NCBI GenBank assembly: GCA_964645605.1
Contig: CAZYCE010000006.1
Coordinates: 2,981 to 66,980 of the forward strand
Direction: 5' to 3'
Length of the DNA: 64,000 nt
From: an uncultured Gammaproteobacteria bacterium
Lineage (GTDB): Bacteria; Patescibacteriota; Microgenomatia; UBA8517
In this document: positions 1 to 9,259 of the stretch, piece by piece
How the letters are laid out: each line of letters starts with the position of its first letter
How positions within the stretch are numbered: position 1 is the stretch's first letter
Position numbers and translations under genes: made by a program
The notes under the pieces: model-generated
The model's input: only the letters and a program-made list of their open reading frames with translations
Told to the model about the DNA's origin: nothing
Databases searched by the model: none

Positions 1-1
1 T

Positions 2-1075
2 AAAAACGACAATTTGCCGCTTCCAGTATTTTTCCCCGACGCCACACGTGGGGTAATCAAATCGCTTGATACTACCGATCTCGAATCAACCAAAACGAAG
101 GGGATTCTGGTTAACACTTTTCATCTTTGGCAGGAGCTCGGAGGTGATGTTTTGGAAAAATTTGGCGGAATAGGCAACTTTATGGGCTTTTCGGGGGGGG
201 TTATTTCGGATTCCGGAGGATTTCAGGTAATGTCTATTATTAAATCCGGAAACATCAAAGGAAAAATCACGGATGAAGGAGTAATCTTCCACTCCCCAAA
301 AAAAACAAAAAAAATTCTAACTCCGGAAAAATCAATCGAATTCCAAATGAAGCTTAAGAGCGACATGGTTGTCGTGCTCGATGATTTCACCGACCCTAAG
401 GGGTCTTATGAAGAGGCAGAAAAGTCCGTTGAGCGGACGATTTCCTGGGCTAAAAGAAGTAAAGACGAATTTACCAAACTCTGTAAAGCAAAAAAAATTA
501 ACGAGGAAGACAGACCTTATATTTTAGGGGTAGTTCAGGGTGGAAAATATCAGAATTTAAGGAAATATTGTACGGAAGAATTAGTGGAAATTGGCTTTGA
601 CGGATTGGGATTTGGGGGGTGGCCAATTAATGATGTGGGCGATTTCGATTTTGAATCGGCAAAAACAATTGCGGAAAACACTCCCGAAAATTATTTTCTT
701 TACGGACTGGGGGTGGGGAAGCCTGAGGAAATAGTTAAATGTAGCGAGATGGGATTCAACATTTTTGATTGTGTATTGCCTACGCGTGATGCAAGGCACG
801 GAAGACTCTATGTTTACAATGCCGAAACGATCAATGATATTGATGTAGAAAGGGAAAATTTCTATTCCTTCTATTCTCCCGATAAGGAAAGATATTATAA
901 AGACGATTCCCCCGTAAGTACGGCCTGTGATTGCATCCTCTGTAAAAAATATTCGAAAGCCTACCTGGCACATCTTTTTAGAATCGGCGATTTTACCGCC
1001 GGCAGACTAGCCACAATCCACAACCTCAGGTTCTACTCGATACTTGTGGATAAACTCCGCTTGACAAACCGTTAA
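2..1075 (+). CDS. tgt: Queuine tRNA-ribosyltransferase (tRNA-guanine transglycosylase). Truncated at the N-terminus by the window edge: the reading frame is open back to position 2.
   Basis: LPTRDARHG active-site region; C-terminal zinc motif CDCILCKKYSKAYLAHL (CxCxxC...H); N-terminal region aligns to TGT consensus beginning ~25 aa into the protein. Confidence 0.85.
   Translation, partial: KNDNLPLPVFFPDATRGVIKSLDTTDLESTKTKGILVNTFHLWQELGGDVLEKFGGIGNFMGFSGGVISDSGGFQVMSIIKSGNIKGKITDEGVIFHSPKKTKKILTPEKSIEFQMKLKSDMVVVLDDFTDPKGSYEEAEKSVERTISWAKRSKDEFTKLCKAKKINEEDRPYILGVVQGGKYQNLRKYCTEELVEIGFDGLGFGGWPINDVGDFDFESAKTIAENTPENYFLYGLGVGKPEEIVKCSEMGFNIFDCVLPTRDARHGRLYVYNAETINDIDVERENFYSFYSPDKERYYKDDSPVSTACDCILCKKYSKAYLAHLFRIGDFTAGRLATIHNLRFYSILVDKLRLTNR
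193..200 (+). repeat. G8 homopolymer tract inside the tgt coding sequence
   Basis: tcgggggggg read directly; encodes SGGV in frame. Confidence 0.9.
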
Positions 1076-1101
1076 CTTAATGTTTATACTTGCGCACTAC
1101 T

Positions 1102-1761
1102 ATGGAAGAGTCGCAGAATCAGTCTCAGGGGGAGTCGCAAGAATCTTCTCAAGCTCAGGAAGACAAGGTTTCTTTTCCGACCGTCGGCGAATCCAAAAAG
1201 GGCGGGGGAGCAAAAACACTTTTAATTATTGGAATTTTAGTTTTGGTCGGAATTTTGGGTTATGTTATATATAAAAGCGCTACCGGTGAGAGCCAGGATG
1301 TTGTTGAGACAAACCCTACCCCTTATGAGAATGTAGCTACTCCGGCTTCCACAACTCTAGCAACTCCTTCTTCGAGTCCGTCGGCTAGTGTTGATAAAAC
1401 AAAAATTAAAATTCAGGTTCAGAATGGCACGGGTATTACGGGTGAAGCGGCCTATTTGGAGACTCAACTAGGCGAGCTCGGATACACTAACGTCACGGTA
1501 GGGAATTCTTCTACCCAAGACCAGAGGGAAACAAACGTGAGCTTTGCAAGCAGTGTTCCCGCAACGGTTGTAAATGAGATTACTTCAAAACTTAACACCG
1601 TATACCAAACCGTTACAAAAATCAGTTCAACAGGCACGACATATGATGTAGTTATCGTCACAGGACTTCGAAAAGGGGCCACACCCAAAGCAAGTTCTAC
1701 TCCGACCCCGACGCCGACATCAAGTCCGACTCCGACCACAACGGAAACGCCAACACCTTAA
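1102..1761 (+). CDS. Membrane-anchored protein with a LytR_C-like extracytoplasmic domain and a Pro/Thr-rich C-terminal tail
   Basis: Single TM (LLIIGILVLVGILGYVIY); KIKIQVQNGTGITGEAAYLETQLGELGY motif typical of the LytR/CpsA/Psr C-terminal domain; tail TPTPTPTSSPTPTTTETPTP; ATG at 1102 preferred over TTG at 1090. Confidence 0.55.
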   Translation: MEESQNQSQGESQESSQAQEDKVSFPTVGESKKGGGAKTLLIIGILVLVGILGYVIYKSATGESQDVVETNPTPYENVATPASTTLATPSSSPSASVDKTKIKIQVQNGTGITGEAAYLETQLGELGYTNVTVGNSSTQDQRETNVSFASSVPATVVNEITSKLNTVYQTVTKISSTGTTYDVVIVTGLRKGATPKASSTPTPTPTSSPTPTTTETPTP

Positions 1762-1834
1762 TTTACTCCTTTTGCGGTATAAACAAAGCTTGCCGCTCGG
1801 CAATAGTTTAAGCCTCGTGGTAAAATAAATTGTT

Positions 1835-2296
1835 ATGGAAAAACTGCTCAAAATACCTTCCGGGACATTTAATTTAAATTTGGGAAATTTACATATACCG
1901 ATTCCCTATTGGGAAGCTATTGCCATCGTGGGTTTGGTATTTTTATTGATTGTTTCTCTGGCAATGTATAGGAGACACAGAGTGAATTGGTCATTTAAAG
2001 GCGCACTTTTCGGAATTTTTTTTGGCTTCCTTTTGGCTCTTTTTTTGGAGGGATTTTTAATAATTGGCGGAAAAACAGCCCTAACCTCAGTTTTGGGTTG
2101 GAAAAATGCCCCGCCTGCGATTACACAGGCACTTGATGCGGGGCGTTCCGAACTTATCAAAGTGCTTGGGGTTGACACCGCCACAATTCCCTCTTCATTT
2201 GCAAAGGATAGCCCGACCGTCCAGGGGGCTGTCGAAATGCTTCAAGGTTTGAACCCCGCAGATACAAAAACAGTTCAATCAATTTTTTGCAAATAA
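1835..2296 (+). CDS. Hypothetical membrane protein
   Basis: ORF of 153 aa with two hydrophobic helices; no recognisable motif. Confidence 0.4.
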   Translation: MEKLLKIPSGTFNLNLGNLHIPIPYWEAIAIVGLVFLLIVSLAMYRRHRVNWSFKGALFGIFFGFLLALFLEGFLIIGGKTALTSVLGWKNAPPAITQALDAGRSELIKVLGVDTATIPSSFAKDSPTVQGAVEMLQGLNPADTKTVQSIFCK

Positions 2297-2311
2297 TATA
2301 TACTTCAGATT

Positions 2312-3388
2312 ATGCAGGACAAAAACCATCAGTTAGATGTAAAGCAGCAGGTTAATGAACTCCTGGCGCGTCTTAATAAGCTTGTCGAGGTGGTAAAAAT
2401 TGCCGATAAAAAGGACAAAATCAAAAATCTTGAGGAGAAAGTAGCTGACCCAAATCTTTGGAATGATCCTCAATATGCCAGAGCCGTAACTCAGGAATTG
2501 TCTGATTTGAAAAAAGAAGTTGAAGAAATCGAGGACCTTTCGGGAACCTTGGAGGTTTTGAAAGAGATACCGGACGAATCGGAAACCAGAAAAGCGGAAA
2601 AGAATCTCATACGGCTTGAGTTAATGTCATATCTTTCGGGGGATTATGATGACAAAAATGCCTTAGTTTCAATTCATGCGGGGCAGGGCGGAACTGAGGC
2701 CATGGATTGGGTGGGGATGCTTTACCGTATGTACCTTCGCTTTTGCGAAAGGAAAAATTGGACAACAGAGACCATTGACTACACTGCGGGCGAGGAAGCC
2801 GGAATTAAAAGCGTTACCTTTACGGTAACGGGTCGCCATGCTTATGGATATTTAAAGGGGGAGGCGGGTACGCACCGCTTAGTGCGGCAATCACCTTTCA
2901 ACGCGGACAAGCTAAGACAAACCTCTTTTGCTCTCGTTGAAGTCATGCCTGAACTTGAAGACACCGATCTTAAAGACATTGAGATTAAAAGTGATGACCT
3001 GGATTGGCAATTTATTCACGCCGGTGGGCACGGCGGCCAGAATGTCAATAAAGTTGCCACGGCAGTGCGTCTTACCCATATTCCCACAGGTATTGTTATA
3101 ACGGCTTCAACCGAGCGTTTTCAGGAACAAAATAGAAAAATTGCACTTAATCTTCTTCGCGGCAAGCTTTGGATTAGACAGCAGGAAATTGCCAAAGGGT
3201 TGAAAAAAGAAATAAAGGGGGATTACAGACCGGCCTCGTGGGGCACCCAGATTCGATCTTATGTTCTTCACCCCTATAAAATGGTTAAAGATTTAAGAAC
3301 CGAGGTTGAGACGGGAAATACGGATGCGGTTTTGGATGGTGAGATAGAAGAATTTATAGATGCCGAGCTTAAGCTCGGCAAAAATTAA
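2312..3388 (+). CDS. prfB: Peptide chain release factor 2
   Basis: GGQ motif (HAGGHGGQNVNKV), SPF tripeptide (RQSPFNA) specific to RF2; single uninterrupted ORF with no programmed frameshift site. Confidence 0.9.
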   Translation: MQDKNHQLDVKQQVNELLARLNKLVEVVKIADKKDKIKNLEEKVADPNLWNDPQYARAVTQELSDLKKEVEEIEDLSGTLEVLKEIPDESETRKAEKNLIRLELMSYLSGDYDDKNALVSIHAGQGGTEAMDWVGMLYRMYLRFCERKNWTTETIDYTAGEEAGIKSVTFTVTGRHAYGYLKGEAGTHRLVRQSPFNADKLRQTSFALVEVMPELEDTDLKDIEIKSDDLDWQFIHAGGHGGQNVNKVATAVRLTHIPTGIVITASTERFQEQNRKIALNLLRGKLWIRQQEIAKGLKKEIKGDYRPASWGTQIRSYVLHPYKMVKDLRTEVETGNTDAVLDGEIEEFIDAELKLGKN

Positions 3389-3426
3389 GGTTGCGTTATT
3401 AGTTTTTAAAGTGGTATATTGTGGGT

Positions 3427-3837
3427 ATGCAACCTACGCGTAAAAGTGCTTTACCATTAGTGATCGGTGCGTTTCTGGTTGTTTTGGCAGGAGTTGTCGC
3501 TGCCTGGTTAATTTCATCCAAACTGCTTAACGGCGGGACAAATGAAAAGGCGGCTCCCGGGGTTAAAGTTACTTCGACGGAGGCAGGGTCGCTTGATCCG
3601 AATGTCAGATACGATACGGCAACAGGCGTTTTGGAAGAAGGAGGCATTGGAGGGGAAGGGACGTTTCACCTTGCACGCAATGGCGGCAGTACCGCAAAAG
3701 ATGTTGCCCTTACTTCAAGTACTGTAGATCTGGGTTCGTTTTTGGGTAAGACCGTAAATATTTGGGGGGAAACAATTTCTTCAACAAGACCGGGCGGCTG
3801 GCTTATGGATGTAGCTAAGATTCAAATAGCAGAATAA
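3427..3837 (+). CDS. Hypothetical small secreted/membrane-anchored protein
   Basis: N-terminal hydrophobic helix followed by a Gly/Thr-rich domain; start could be GTG 3421 or ATG 3427. Confidence 0.4.
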   Translation: MQPTRKSALPLVIGAFLVVLAGVVAAWLISSKLLNGGTNEKAAPGVKVTSTEAGSLDPNVRYDTATGVLEEGGIGGEGTFHLARNGGSTAKDVALTSSTVDLGSFLGKTVNIWGETISSTRPGGWLMDVAKIQIAE

Positions 3838-3892
3838 ACTCTAAGACTGGCTTTTTGCGTTTACACCTGATACCCTAAATTATCCCAATAAT

Positions 3893-4612
3893 ATGTCCGA
3901 CGAAGAATCCACATTGATAAGTTTTAAGAATGTGAGTAAATCTTATGGTTCCATTGTTGCTCTTAAAGACATCTCATTTGAAATAAAAAAGGGGGAATTT
4001 GTGTTTATAACTGGCTCATCAGGCGCCGGAAAAACCACAATTTTGAAATTGATTTTGGGTGAGATTATTCCCTCCAAGGGTGAGGTCAGAGTAGACAATC
4101 TGAATATTGTCGATTTAAATGATAAAAACATACCTTCGTATCGGCAAAAAATAGGTGTAATTTTTCAGGATTTTAAAGTCCTTCCCGACCGGACCGTTTT
4201 TGAGAATGTTGCGGTTGCGTTGGCGGTGATAGGGCTGCCCGAAGGCCAATGGGAAGAAAGAGTTAAGCATGTCCTTAAGCTTGTCGGACTAAATCGCCAA
4301 ATTAATTTTTTCCCGTCACAACTTTCAGGCGGGGAGCTCCAGCGGGTCTCGCTTGCAAGGGCGCTTGCGGTTAATCCAAAAATTATTCTGGCGGATGAGC
4401 CGACCGGAAATCTCGATTGGGATACATCGGATGTTTTGATGAAACTTCTTGAAAAGGTTAATGAAGAAGGAAAAACCATAATCATGGCCACCCACAATAT
4501 AGAGATCGTCAATAAGTATAAAAAAAGAGTAATTCATATAGATCGCGACGATGACGGGAAAGATCGGCCCGAAAGTGAAAATGATAGAATAAAAGAGACA
4601 AAAGAGAAATGA
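3893..4612 (+). CDS. ftsE: Cell-division ABC transporter ATP-binding protein FtsE
   Basis: Walker A GSSGAGKTT, ABC signature LSGGELQRVSLARAL, Walker B ILADEPTGNLD; ATGA overlap with the downstream permease gene. Confidence 0.9.
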   Translation: MSDEESTLISFKNVSKSYGSIVALKDISFEIKKGEFVFITGSSGAGKTTILKLILGEIIPSKGEVRVDNLNIVDLNDKNIPSYRQKIGVIFQDFKVLPDRTVFENVAVALAVIGLPEGQWEERVKHVLKLVGLNRQINFFPSQLSGGELQRVSLARALAVNPKIILADEPTGNLDWDTSDVLMKLLEKVNEEGKTIIMATHNIEIVNKYKKRVIHIDRDDDGKDRPESENDRIKETKEK

Positions 4613-5523
4613 ATAATCATTTTAAAACTGCCTGGAGCTATATAAGAAGATCGCCTTTTCAAGCGCTCGCCGCCTCCTTTGTTTTAACTCTAACTTTTTT
4701 TGTAGCGACGGTTGTTTCCGTGCTTGTTTATTCATCTTCCCAGCTCCTCTCTTATTTCGAAACAAGACCGCAGATAATTGCTTTTCTAAAAAGCGATGCC
4801 ACGGAAACGGACATTGCGAGTTTGCAACACAAGCTTGAGGCAAACCCGCGCATAAAAGATGTCGTGTATGTCAGCAAAGAAGAAGCTCTTTCCATCTATA
4901 AAAAAGCAACAAGCGACAATCCCCATTTGGGGGAGCTCGTAAGTCCTTCGATATTTCCTGCATCTTTGGAATTTTCCGTTACGGATTTGTCTTTTGCCCA
5001 AAGCACAATTGACGAAATAAAAGGAGAAGGTGTTGTTGAGTCGGTCGGATTCACGGCGGCGCTTGGAGGGGAGTCAAGCTTAAATGATGTCATAGGACGT
5101 CTGAAAACGATCACCTCTTATGTAAGAATCGGAGGCACCGTCTTTGTCGGACTTTTGGCAGTTACTTCGCTGGTGATCCTTCTGGTTATTACGAGTATGC
5201 GTGTGGTGGGTAGACGCGACGAAGTTGAAATCCTGAACCTGATTGGTGCATCAAAAGGATTTATCAGAAGTCCGCTGGTAATCGAGGCGTTCATTTATAC
5301 TCTTTCGGGGGTACTTCTCGGGTGGGCGATTTCATTTATAGCGGTACTTTATTTATCGCCGTCGGTTGTTACCTATTTCGGGGAAATTCCTATTTTACCC
5401 AGAGATGCAGTTGGGCTTTTCAAACTCTTTGGAATAATTTTGGGAACGGAACTCTTGGCGGGCTCTATACTTGCCCTTTCGGGGAGCCTCATAGCCGTTT
5501 CCAGGGTTAAAAAGGTACGCTAA
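4609..5523 (+). CDS. ftsX: Cell-division permease-like protein FtsX
   Basis: N-terminal TM, large extracytoplasmic domain, three C-terminal TM helices; translationally coupled to ftsE. Confidence 0.8.
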   Translation: MNNHFKTAWSYIRRSPFQALAASFVLTLTFFVATVVSVLVYSSSQLLSYFETRPQIIAFLKSDATETDIASLQHKLEANPRIKDVVYVSKEEALSIYKKATSDNPHLGELVSPSIFPASLEFSVTDLSFAQSTIDEIKGEGVVESVGFTAALGGESSLNDVIGRLKTITSYVRIGGTVFVGLLAVTSLVILLVITSMRVVGRRDEVEILNLIGASKGFIRSPLVIEAFIYTLSGVLLGWAISFIAVLYLSPSVVTYFGEIPILPRDAVGLFKLFGIILGTELLAGSILALSGSLIAVSRVKKVR

Positions 5524-5561
5524 GATTTTACCTTGTTTTGAGATTAGGAAAATGTTACACA

Positions 5562-6725
5562 ATGAAATATGTTATTAATAAAATCTTTTTACTTCTTGGC
5601 ATTCCCCTGCTTCTTTTTGTTTCGGTAAAAAATGTATCAGCTCAGACGTGTGGCAGTTTGGATGAGTGTAATGCTCTAATTTCACAGTATCAAGATCAAA
5701 TAACAAAGCTGCAAGGACAGTCCAATACTCTTAAGAACCAAATTGCTCAATTTGATGCACAAATTAAGCTTACTACTATAAAAATTGCTCAAACCCAAGA
5801 GCAAATAAACATGCTTGGAGGAAGAATCAATCAGCTTGGAGATTCACTTGTATCCCTAACCAAGGCTTTCAATTCCAGGGCGGTGGAGACTTATAAAATT
5901 TCAAAATATGAGGGTGGTTTTTTCTTTATACTTTCCGCAAACGACATGGGAGATGCTTTTTCCAGATATCATTATCTTCAAAAAATTCAAGAAGAAGACA
6001 GAAATTTACTGACAAGGCTTCAAGAAGCCCAAACAATCTATCAAGGTCAAAAAGCCGACCAGGAGGCTTTGCAAAAACAATTAAAAACCCAACAGGCAAG
6101 TTTGAATGCGCAAAAAACTGCAAAAAATAATTTGCTTGTGGCCACAAAAAACGATGAAACAAAATATCAGCAACTTCTGAGGCAGGCTAAAGCTCAACTC
6201 TCAGCTTTTCAAAACTTCGTTACCCGGCAGGGTGGGGCATCGATTCTTAGCAATCAAACAAAATGCAACGACTGGGGTTGTTATTATAATCAAAGGGATG
6301 AACAGTGGGGCAATATCGGAATGGGGGGATCTTCCTATACAATGGCAAATTACGGCTGTTTGGTAACATCTGTTTCAATGCTTGCCAGTCATTACGGAAA
6401 GAATTTCAAACCGGGTGATGTTGCTGTTTCCGGTGATGCTTTTGTGCCGGGGACCGGTTATCTTTACCACTCATTTACCGTAAACGGGGTTTCGGTTTCG
6501 ATTTCTACGGCCTCAAAAAGTATTCTTGATTCGGAGCTTTCCGCGGGCAGGCCGGTTATCGCAGGACTTTACGGGGGACCCGATCATTTTATCGTGATTC
6601 TCCGCAAAGACGGGGATAAATACATAATGAACGATCCATTTTTGGAAAACGGATCCGAAAGACCCCTTACGGATGAATATAATGTATCCGACATCTCCAG
6701 TTTGCGTTTGGTAAGCTTTAATTAA
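5562..6725 (+). CDS. Secreted coiled-coil peptidoglycan hydrolase, PcsB/EnvC-like, with a C-terminal Cys/His (CHAP or C39-like) peptidase domain
   Basis: Signal peptide MKYVINKIFLLLGIPLLLFVSVKNVSAQ; long Q/K/L-rich heptad region (about 5640-6250); C-terminal NYGCLVTSVSMLASHYG (Cys codon 6357-6359) and DHFIVIL (His codon 6585-6587); sits immediately downstream of ftsEX. Confidence 0.6.
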   Translation: MKYVINKIFLLLGIPLLLFVSVKNVSAQTCGSLDECNALISQYQDQITKLQGQSNTLKNQIAQFDAQIKLTTIKIAQTQEQINMLGGRINQLGDSLVSLTKAFNSRAVETYKISKYEGGFFFILSANDMGDAFSRYHYLQKIQEEDRNLLTRLQEAQTIYQGQKADQEALQKQLKTQQASLNAQKTAKNNLLVATKNDETKYQQLLRQAKAQLSAFQNFVTRQGGASILSNQTKCNDWGCYYNQRDEQWGNIGMGGSSYTMANYGCLVTSVSMLASHYGKNFKPGDVAVSGDAFVPGTGYLYHSFTVNGVSVSISTASKSILDSELSAGRPVIAGLYGGPDHFIVILRKDGDKYIMNDPFLENGSERPLTDEYNVSDISSLRLVSFN

Positions 6726-6871
6726 GACGGTTTTTTAAAAAGCCGATATCCCGTATCATATAACATATTCGATAAGACATTTATAGTTATTATAGGGTTA
6801 CGTTAAAAAAGTACTGAATTAGTATGGGAAAAATCATATATTTTGGTGTTTTGGTGGATTGGGCTTTATAG

Positions 6872-7321
6872 GTGTTCCTATATTTAGTATTATTAGAAGT
6901 GGCAAAAAAGATTCTAAAGTTTCTTAGCCTCTGGCTCCCTCCGGTTCTTTGGGCAGCAATGATATTCAAGTTTTCATCCGGTATTGTCCCTTCTGCCTCC
7001 CAGGTTTATTGGCAGGATTTTATTGTAAAAAAGATCGGCCACGTGATCCTTTTTGCTGTCCTGGCCATTCTTGTGTATCGGGGGCTAATCGGACAGGGCG
7101 TCGGCAGAAAAAAGGCGGCTATATCGGCAGTTCTTATTTCCTTTATGTATGGTGTCAGTGATGAGGTTCACCAGATGTTTACCCAAGGAAGGGAATCAAG
7201 ATTTAGGGACACTTTATTTGACGGAATCGGAGCAAGCTTGGCAATGTATCTGATTTATAAATTTTCTTTTGCTTTTCCCAGGAAAGTGCGTGAAACACTA
7301 CTCAAAATTGGTATAAAATAA
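6872..7321 (+). CDS. VanZ-like family membrane protein
   Basis: Four predicted TM helices; VSDEVHQMFTQGRESRFRDTLFDGIG resembles the VanZ signature; GTG start assumed. Confidence 0.5.
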   Translation: MFLYLVLLEVAKKILKFLSLWLPPVLWAAMIFKFSSGIVPSASQVYWQDFIVKKIGHVILFAVLAILVYRGLIGQGVGRKKAAISAVLISFMYGVSDEVHQMFTQGRESRFRDTLFDGIGASLAMYLIYKFSFAFPRKVRETLLKIGIK

Positions 7322-7325
7322 CCAT

Positions 7326-8318
7326 ATGGCCAAGATCTTGGTAACAGGTGGGGCGGGGTATATAGGTTCATTCATGGTTCGCGAACTCCAGTCAAAAGGT
7401 TTTGATCCCGTGATTGTTGATAATTTATCTCAGGGGCACAAAGAAGCGGTTAAAGATTATAGATTGGAAAAAATCGATTTGGTTGCGGATAAGGAAAAAC
7501 TTGACACTCTTTTGTCTTCGGAAAAATTTGACGGAGTGGTGCATATGGCGAGTTTTATCCAAATGGGTGAATCATATCAAAATCCCGCCAAATATTATCA
7601 AAATAATGTTTATGGTTTTATGAACCTTCTGGATGCGATGAGGAAAGGAAATATCAACAAAATTATCATAAGTAGCTCTGCCGGTGTATACGGAAACCCC
7701 GTTAAGCTTCCGATCGAGGAGGACGATCCTAAAAATCCGTTAAATCCGTACGGCGAAACAAAATATATTCTTGAACGGATGCTTGACGATTACGATGCGG
7801 CTTACGGAATCAAGTTTATCAGCATCCGTTACTTTAATGCCGCCGGTGCCGCACTCGACGGCACTCTCGGTGAGGACCATCCGCAGGAAAGTCATTTAAT
7901 TCCCAATATCATCAAAAAAGCCTTAAAAGGTGAAGAAATTGAAATTTTCGGGAATGATTACAAAACACCCGACGGTACAAATGTTAGAGACTATATTCAT
8001 GTTCTCGATCTTGTCGAGACTCACTCCATTGCGATGCAAAAACTCCTAGACGGCGCACAGAGTAATATTTATAATGCCGGAATCGGGAAAGGATATTCAA
8101 ATAAAGAAATTCTGGATATGGTTCAAAATGTTATAGGCACAAACTTGAAAATAAAATATGGACCAAGAAGACCGGGGGATGCCGACGCCCTTTACGCGTC
8201 TATCGATAAGATCAAAAAAGATTTTGGCTGGAATCCCAAATACGGCCTCAGGGAAATAGTAGAAACAGCCTATGCTTGGCATAAAAGTCACCCCTCAGGA
8301 TATGCTAATATTGATTGA
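7326..8318 (+). CDS. galE: UDP-glucose 4-epimerase
   Basis: Rossmann GGAGYIGS, catalytic YGETKYILE (YxxxK), length 330 aa. Confidence 0.9.
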   Translation: MAKILVTGGAGYIGSFMVRELQSKGFDPVIVDNLSQGHKEAVKDYRLEKIDLVADKEKLDTLLSSEKFDGVVHMASFIQMGESYQNPAKYYQNNVYGFMNLLDAMRKGNINKIIISSSAGVYGNPVKLPIEEDDPKNPLNPYGETKYILERMLDDYDAAYGIKFISIRYFNAAGAALDGTLGEDHPQESHLIPNIIKKALKGEEIEIFGNDYKTPDGTNVRDYIHVLDLVETHSIAMQKLLDGAQSNIYNAGIGKGYSNKEILDMVQNVIGTNLKIKYGPRRPGDADALYASIDKIKKDFGWNPKYGLREIVETAYAWHKSHPSGYANID

Positions 8319-9256
8319 TGAAGTTTTTACACCGCCTGCAACATCTTTTTGTTCCACACGAAAGCAATAATCAGAAGGCAAAGATATTGCACCCGGAGGG
8401 TCTTTTTCTAGTCACACTTGGGCTTATTGGTTTTCAGTTAATTCTTGGTCTTGCCGGAAAGTCCTTTCCAAGAGTATTGGGCTATGCGGCCAATATTTCC
8501 CCTGAAGAAGTAATCAGGCTTACCAACGTAGAAAGGACGAATAACGACCTTGCCCCTTTGACATACAATTCCACCCTTTCTCAAGCGGCCTTAGCAAAAG
8601 GCAATGACATGTTAGCCAAAGGTTATTGGGCTCATTTTGCCCCTGACGGAACATCCCCATGGAGCTTTTTCTTAAGTTTTGGCTACAAATACAGGTATGC
8701 CGGTGAAAACCTCGCCCGGGATTTTGCCGATGCGGGTACGGCGGTGAACGCGTGGATGAACTCTCCGACGCATAAGGAAAACATATTAAATCCAAATTAT
8801 AAAGACATAGGAATAGGGGTTGTAGAGGGGAATCTCGCGGGAACCGATACTACGATTATTGTTCAGTTTTTTGGTACCAGCCTTGATGACACTGCCAATA
8901 TTCCGCTTGCCAAAGCCCAAGTGGCTGCAGTTGCCGCCACGACGGAAGCTACTTCGAAGGCGATTACAAGCCCAACTCCCACGCCCGTTCCGCTAGTGAC
9001 CCCAATGCCCACTACTCCTCCGGAACAGGTTGCAAATGCCACAGGGTCATCGGTAGCCTTTGTATCTCCGTTTTCGTCAACCAAGGGGGTATCCCTTTTG
9101 ATTTTAGGGGTTCTTATAATGGTTTTATCGATTGATTTGATGGTGGTTAAGAGGAACAAAATTGTCAGGGCCGGTGGAAACACTTTGGCCCACATAGCAT
9201 TCTTGGGAATGATTTTGGCTGTTATACTTATATTGAAAGCCGGTCAGGTCATCTAA
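8315..9256 (+). CDS. CAP/SCP/PR-1-like extracellular domain protein with a Pro/Thr-rich linker and a C-terminal membrane anchor
   Basis: GYWAHF...YAGENLAR...WMNSPTHKENILNPNYKDIGIG matches CAP domain motifs; TSPTPTPVPLVTPMPTTPPEQ linker; terminal TM helices. Confidence 0.7.
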   Translation: MMKFLHRLQHLFVPHESNNQKAKILHPEGLFLVTLGLIGFQLILGLAGKSFPRVLGYAANISPEEVIRLTNVERTNNDLAPLTYNSTLSQAALAKGNDMLAKGYWAHFAPDGTSPWSFFLSFGYKYRYAGENLARDFADAGTAVNAWMNSPTHKENILNPNYKDIGIGVVEGNLAGTDTTIIVQFFGTSLDDTANIPLAKAQVAAVAATTEATSKAITSPTPTPVPLVTPMPTTPPEQVANATGSSVAFVSPFSSTKGVSLLILGVLIMVLSIDLMVVKRNKIVRAGGNTLAHIAFLGMILAVILILKAGQVI

Positions 9257-9259
9257 TAA

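Noticed and set aside
1690-1760. Short tandem-like DNA repeats (ccgaccccgacgccgaca...) that could be mistaken for a repeat element
   Set aside because: They simply encode the Pro/Thr-rich linker of the LytR_C-domain protein; there is no spacer/repeat periodicity and no CRISPR-like structure anywhere in the window.
1789-1804. Small hairpin (ttgcc-gctc-ggcaa) after the LytR_C-domain gene as a possible terminator
   Set aside because: The stem is only 5 bp and no U-tract follows (tagttt); too weak to call.
3362-3379. Perfect 18-bp palindrome gccgagcttaagctcggc at the 3' end of prfB
   Set aside because: It lies inside the coding sequence (encodes AELKLG) and is followed by A-rich rather than T-rich sequence. 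It could be a processing or pause site, but there is no basis to call a terminator.
2312-3388. Looked for the programmed +1 frameshift site typical of many prfB genes
   Set aside because: The RF2 reading frame is continuous from ATG to stop with no in-frame TGA near codon 25; many lineages lack the frameshift.
6726-6871. 146-nt AT-rich intergenic region scanned for tRNA or small RNA structure
   Set aside because: No cloverleaf-compatible stems or GTTCGA T-loop motif; most likely just a promoter/UTR region. No tRNA-like T-loop was found in any intergenic region of the window.
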